From a virus (Duplodnaviria > Caudoviricetes), in IMG/VR virus record IMGVR_UViG_3300046779_001672, positions 1-34,004 of that record: a stretch of 34,004 nt of DNA. One strand, written 5' to 3'. Both the position numbers and the translations under genes were made by a program. Shown here piece after piece: positions 32,279 through 34,004 of the stretch. The first letter of the stretch is position 1. The number at the start of each line of letters is the position of its first letter. The notes under the pieces are model-generated. The model did not search any database and was not told the DNA's origin. It saw only the letters and a program-made list of their open reading frames with translations.

Positions 32279-34004
32279 ATGGACAAGAATTTTGCTGGAT
32301 TAAATGGATTTGTTTGGTGGGTTGGAGTAGTTGAAGATAGAAATGATCCGTTAAAACTCGGCCGTTGTAGGGTGAGAATATTTGGATGGCATACAGAGAG
32401 CATCAATGAATTGCCGACAAAAGATTTGCCTTGGGCTCAAGCAATGCTTCCTTTGAATGATGCGAATGCTTATTCTCCAAAAGAAGCTGACACAGTTGTT
32501 GGTTTCTTTTTAGATGGAGAAAATGCACAACAACCAATTATGATGGGTGTTATTCCTGGAATTCCTCTATATGATAGTCCACCAAATGTAGGATTTACAG
32601 ATAGAAGAACTGCACCACAATTATTTGCAGCACCAGTAAAAAGAGGAGAAACAAAATCTCCATATCCTAGAAAGAAAGATGAACCAACAACATCAAGACT
32701 TGCTAGAGGTGATACTGAGTTTACTCCAGAACAGATTGAACAATTAAAAGAAGATAAGACAGTATTTGAACAAGATCCTTCTTATAATGCAAAGTATCCA
32801 TATAATAAAGTAATTGAGACAGAAGGTGGTCAAGCACTAGAACTTGATGATACTCCGAATTTTGAACGTGTTCATCTGTATCACAAGAAAGGTTCTAATC
32901 TGGAGATGCGTCCAGACGGTAGTGTACAACAAAAAGTTATGAAGAATCACACAAGAAATATTCTTGGTGATGATATAAACTACATTAAAGGTAATTCAAT
33001 TTACTTTATTGATGGAGACTTGACATACATCGTTAAAGGAAAAGTTACTTTTGTTTCTGATAAAGATTTTACAGGAATATCAAAACAATCGATAACATTT
33101 AGTGCTCAATCTAATTTCACAGCATCGGCAACATTGTCTGCTTCTGTTTCAGGAACAGTGACAAGTTCGTTGGGTGGATTATCTGCTTACACTACAGTTG
33201 GTGGATTCTTAACTGAAGTTAGTGCTTTAGGTACTCTAACATGTACAGGAACAGGAGCAGCAACATTTGGAGCAGGTGGTCTTAATACTGTATCTGGAGC
33301 AACAATCAATCTTGTAAATGTTCCAGTAGCAGGAGCAACATCTGATTCTCCAGAACCTCCAACTACAACAGCATCTGCTGCTGACAATGCAGCTGACGCA
33401 GTTAAAGATGTTAGTTTTGATGTGAATCAACCATTTGCAAACGCACAGTTACCAGCAGGAGATAGAGTCGCTTCACTGAAATCAGTTGGTGCAGAAGTTG
33501 ATGCGTATAAGAGTGTACTTAGTGGAACAACGTTTACAAGTTCTACTGCATTTGAAACTGTTATTAAAGATCCATCATTATTAGACGATGTTATAAAAAT
33601 TGGAGAGAGTGCTGTTAATGAAGCTGTAAAACTTGGCAAATCATTACCCGATAGAGCATTGGATTCTGTTGGATGGAATAATATTATAGATTCGGGAAGT
33701 GATCTAGTAAAATCCGGTCAAGTTGCAACGTCACTTCCGACTTTTAAAAATGCTCAAGATGTTCTGAATAAGACAACCACATTTGTTGGAAATCTTGGTA
33801 AGAGTATAAGTTCTTTTGATAGTTTAAACAAGTTACAGTTGGTAACTCAAGACTACACTAAAGGTCTTTGTGCTTTTAAAGAAGTTAAAAATGCTGGTAA
33901 ACGTTTGACACAACAACTAATAGATAAAAAAGAAGTATTTAAAAACAAGATTAAAGATGATAGAGATAGATTGAGAGAAAAGATTGACAATATTCAAGAT
34001 GATT
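32279..34004 (+). CDS. gp5: Baseplate hub/central spike gp5 (partial, runs off the window)
   Basis: WWVGVVEDRNDPLKLGRCRVR OB fold; YPYNKV.ETEGG...ELDDTP..ER beta-helix start; no stop seen in the segments translated; absent from the track because it has no stop in the window. Confidence 0.92.
   Translation, partial: MDKNFAGLNGFVWWVGVVEDRNDPLKLGRCRVRIFGWHTESINELPTKDLPWAQAMLPLNDANAYSPKEADTVVGFFLDGENAQQPIMMGVIPGIPLYDSPPNVGFTDRRTAPQLFAAPVKRGETKSPYPRKKDEPTTSRLARGDTEFTPEQIEQLKEDKTVFEQDPSYNAKYPYNKVIETEGGQALELDDTPNFERVHLYHKKGSNLEMRPDGSVQQKVMKNHTRNILGDDINYIKGNSIYFIDGDLTYIVKGKVTFVSDKDFTGISKQSITFSAQSNFTASATLSASVSGTVTSSLGGLSAYTTVGGFLTEVSALGTLTCTGTGAATFGAGGLNTVSGATINLVNVPVAGATSDSPEPPTTTASAADNAADAVKDVSFDVNQPFANAQLPAGDRVASLKSVGAEVDAYKSVLSGTTFTSSTAFETVIKDPSLLDDVIKIGESAVNEAVKLGKSLPDRALDSVGWNNIIDSGSDLVKSGQVATSLPTFKNAQDVLNKTTTFVGNLGKSISSFDSLNKLQLVTQDYTKGLCAFKEVKNAGKRLTQQLIDKKEVFKNKIKDDRDRLREKIDNIQDD

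Noticed and set aside
1-34004. Genome-wide TAG recoding (code 15)
   Set aside because: Conserved replication and structural genes are full length in code 11, and TAG sits at plausible C-termini such as gp4 and the heme oxygenase.

Overview
This window is a 34 kb segment of an AT-rich T4-like myophage genome. 1-5.5 kb is an RNA-rich region: the 3' part of a large GOLLD-like ncRNA with an embedded tRNA-like domain, 16 tRNA genes (one an amber CUA suppressor), an HNH endonuclease, small accessory genes and a pqqA precursor peptide missing from the ORF track. 6.4-23.7 kb holds the T4 rnh...dsbA-33-59-32 block, split by a sigma70-driven accessory island (GT2, ClpP, GP88, lipoproteins, DenV-like glycosylase, heme oxygenase, Bfd-like ferredoxin, two-piece tmRNA, SleB hydrolase); a PBP7-like peptidase sits between genes 59 and 32. 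23.8-34 kb holds tail/baseplate genes (tape-measure/lysozyme-like, 51, 26, 54, 2, 4, 48, 53, 27-like, partial 5). The top candidate for an undescribed system is an amber read-through switch. A leader ORF, MEKLVA-UAG-IRPP-UAA, lies about 215 nt downstream of the suppressor tRNA and is followed by an anti-SD arm that sequesters the ribosome binding site of the next gene. Other highlights are a predicted -1 frameshift fusing gp26 and gp51, and a stem sequence shared by two RNA spacers 17 kb apart. All calls come from reading the sequence by eye; no database searches or folding programs were run.
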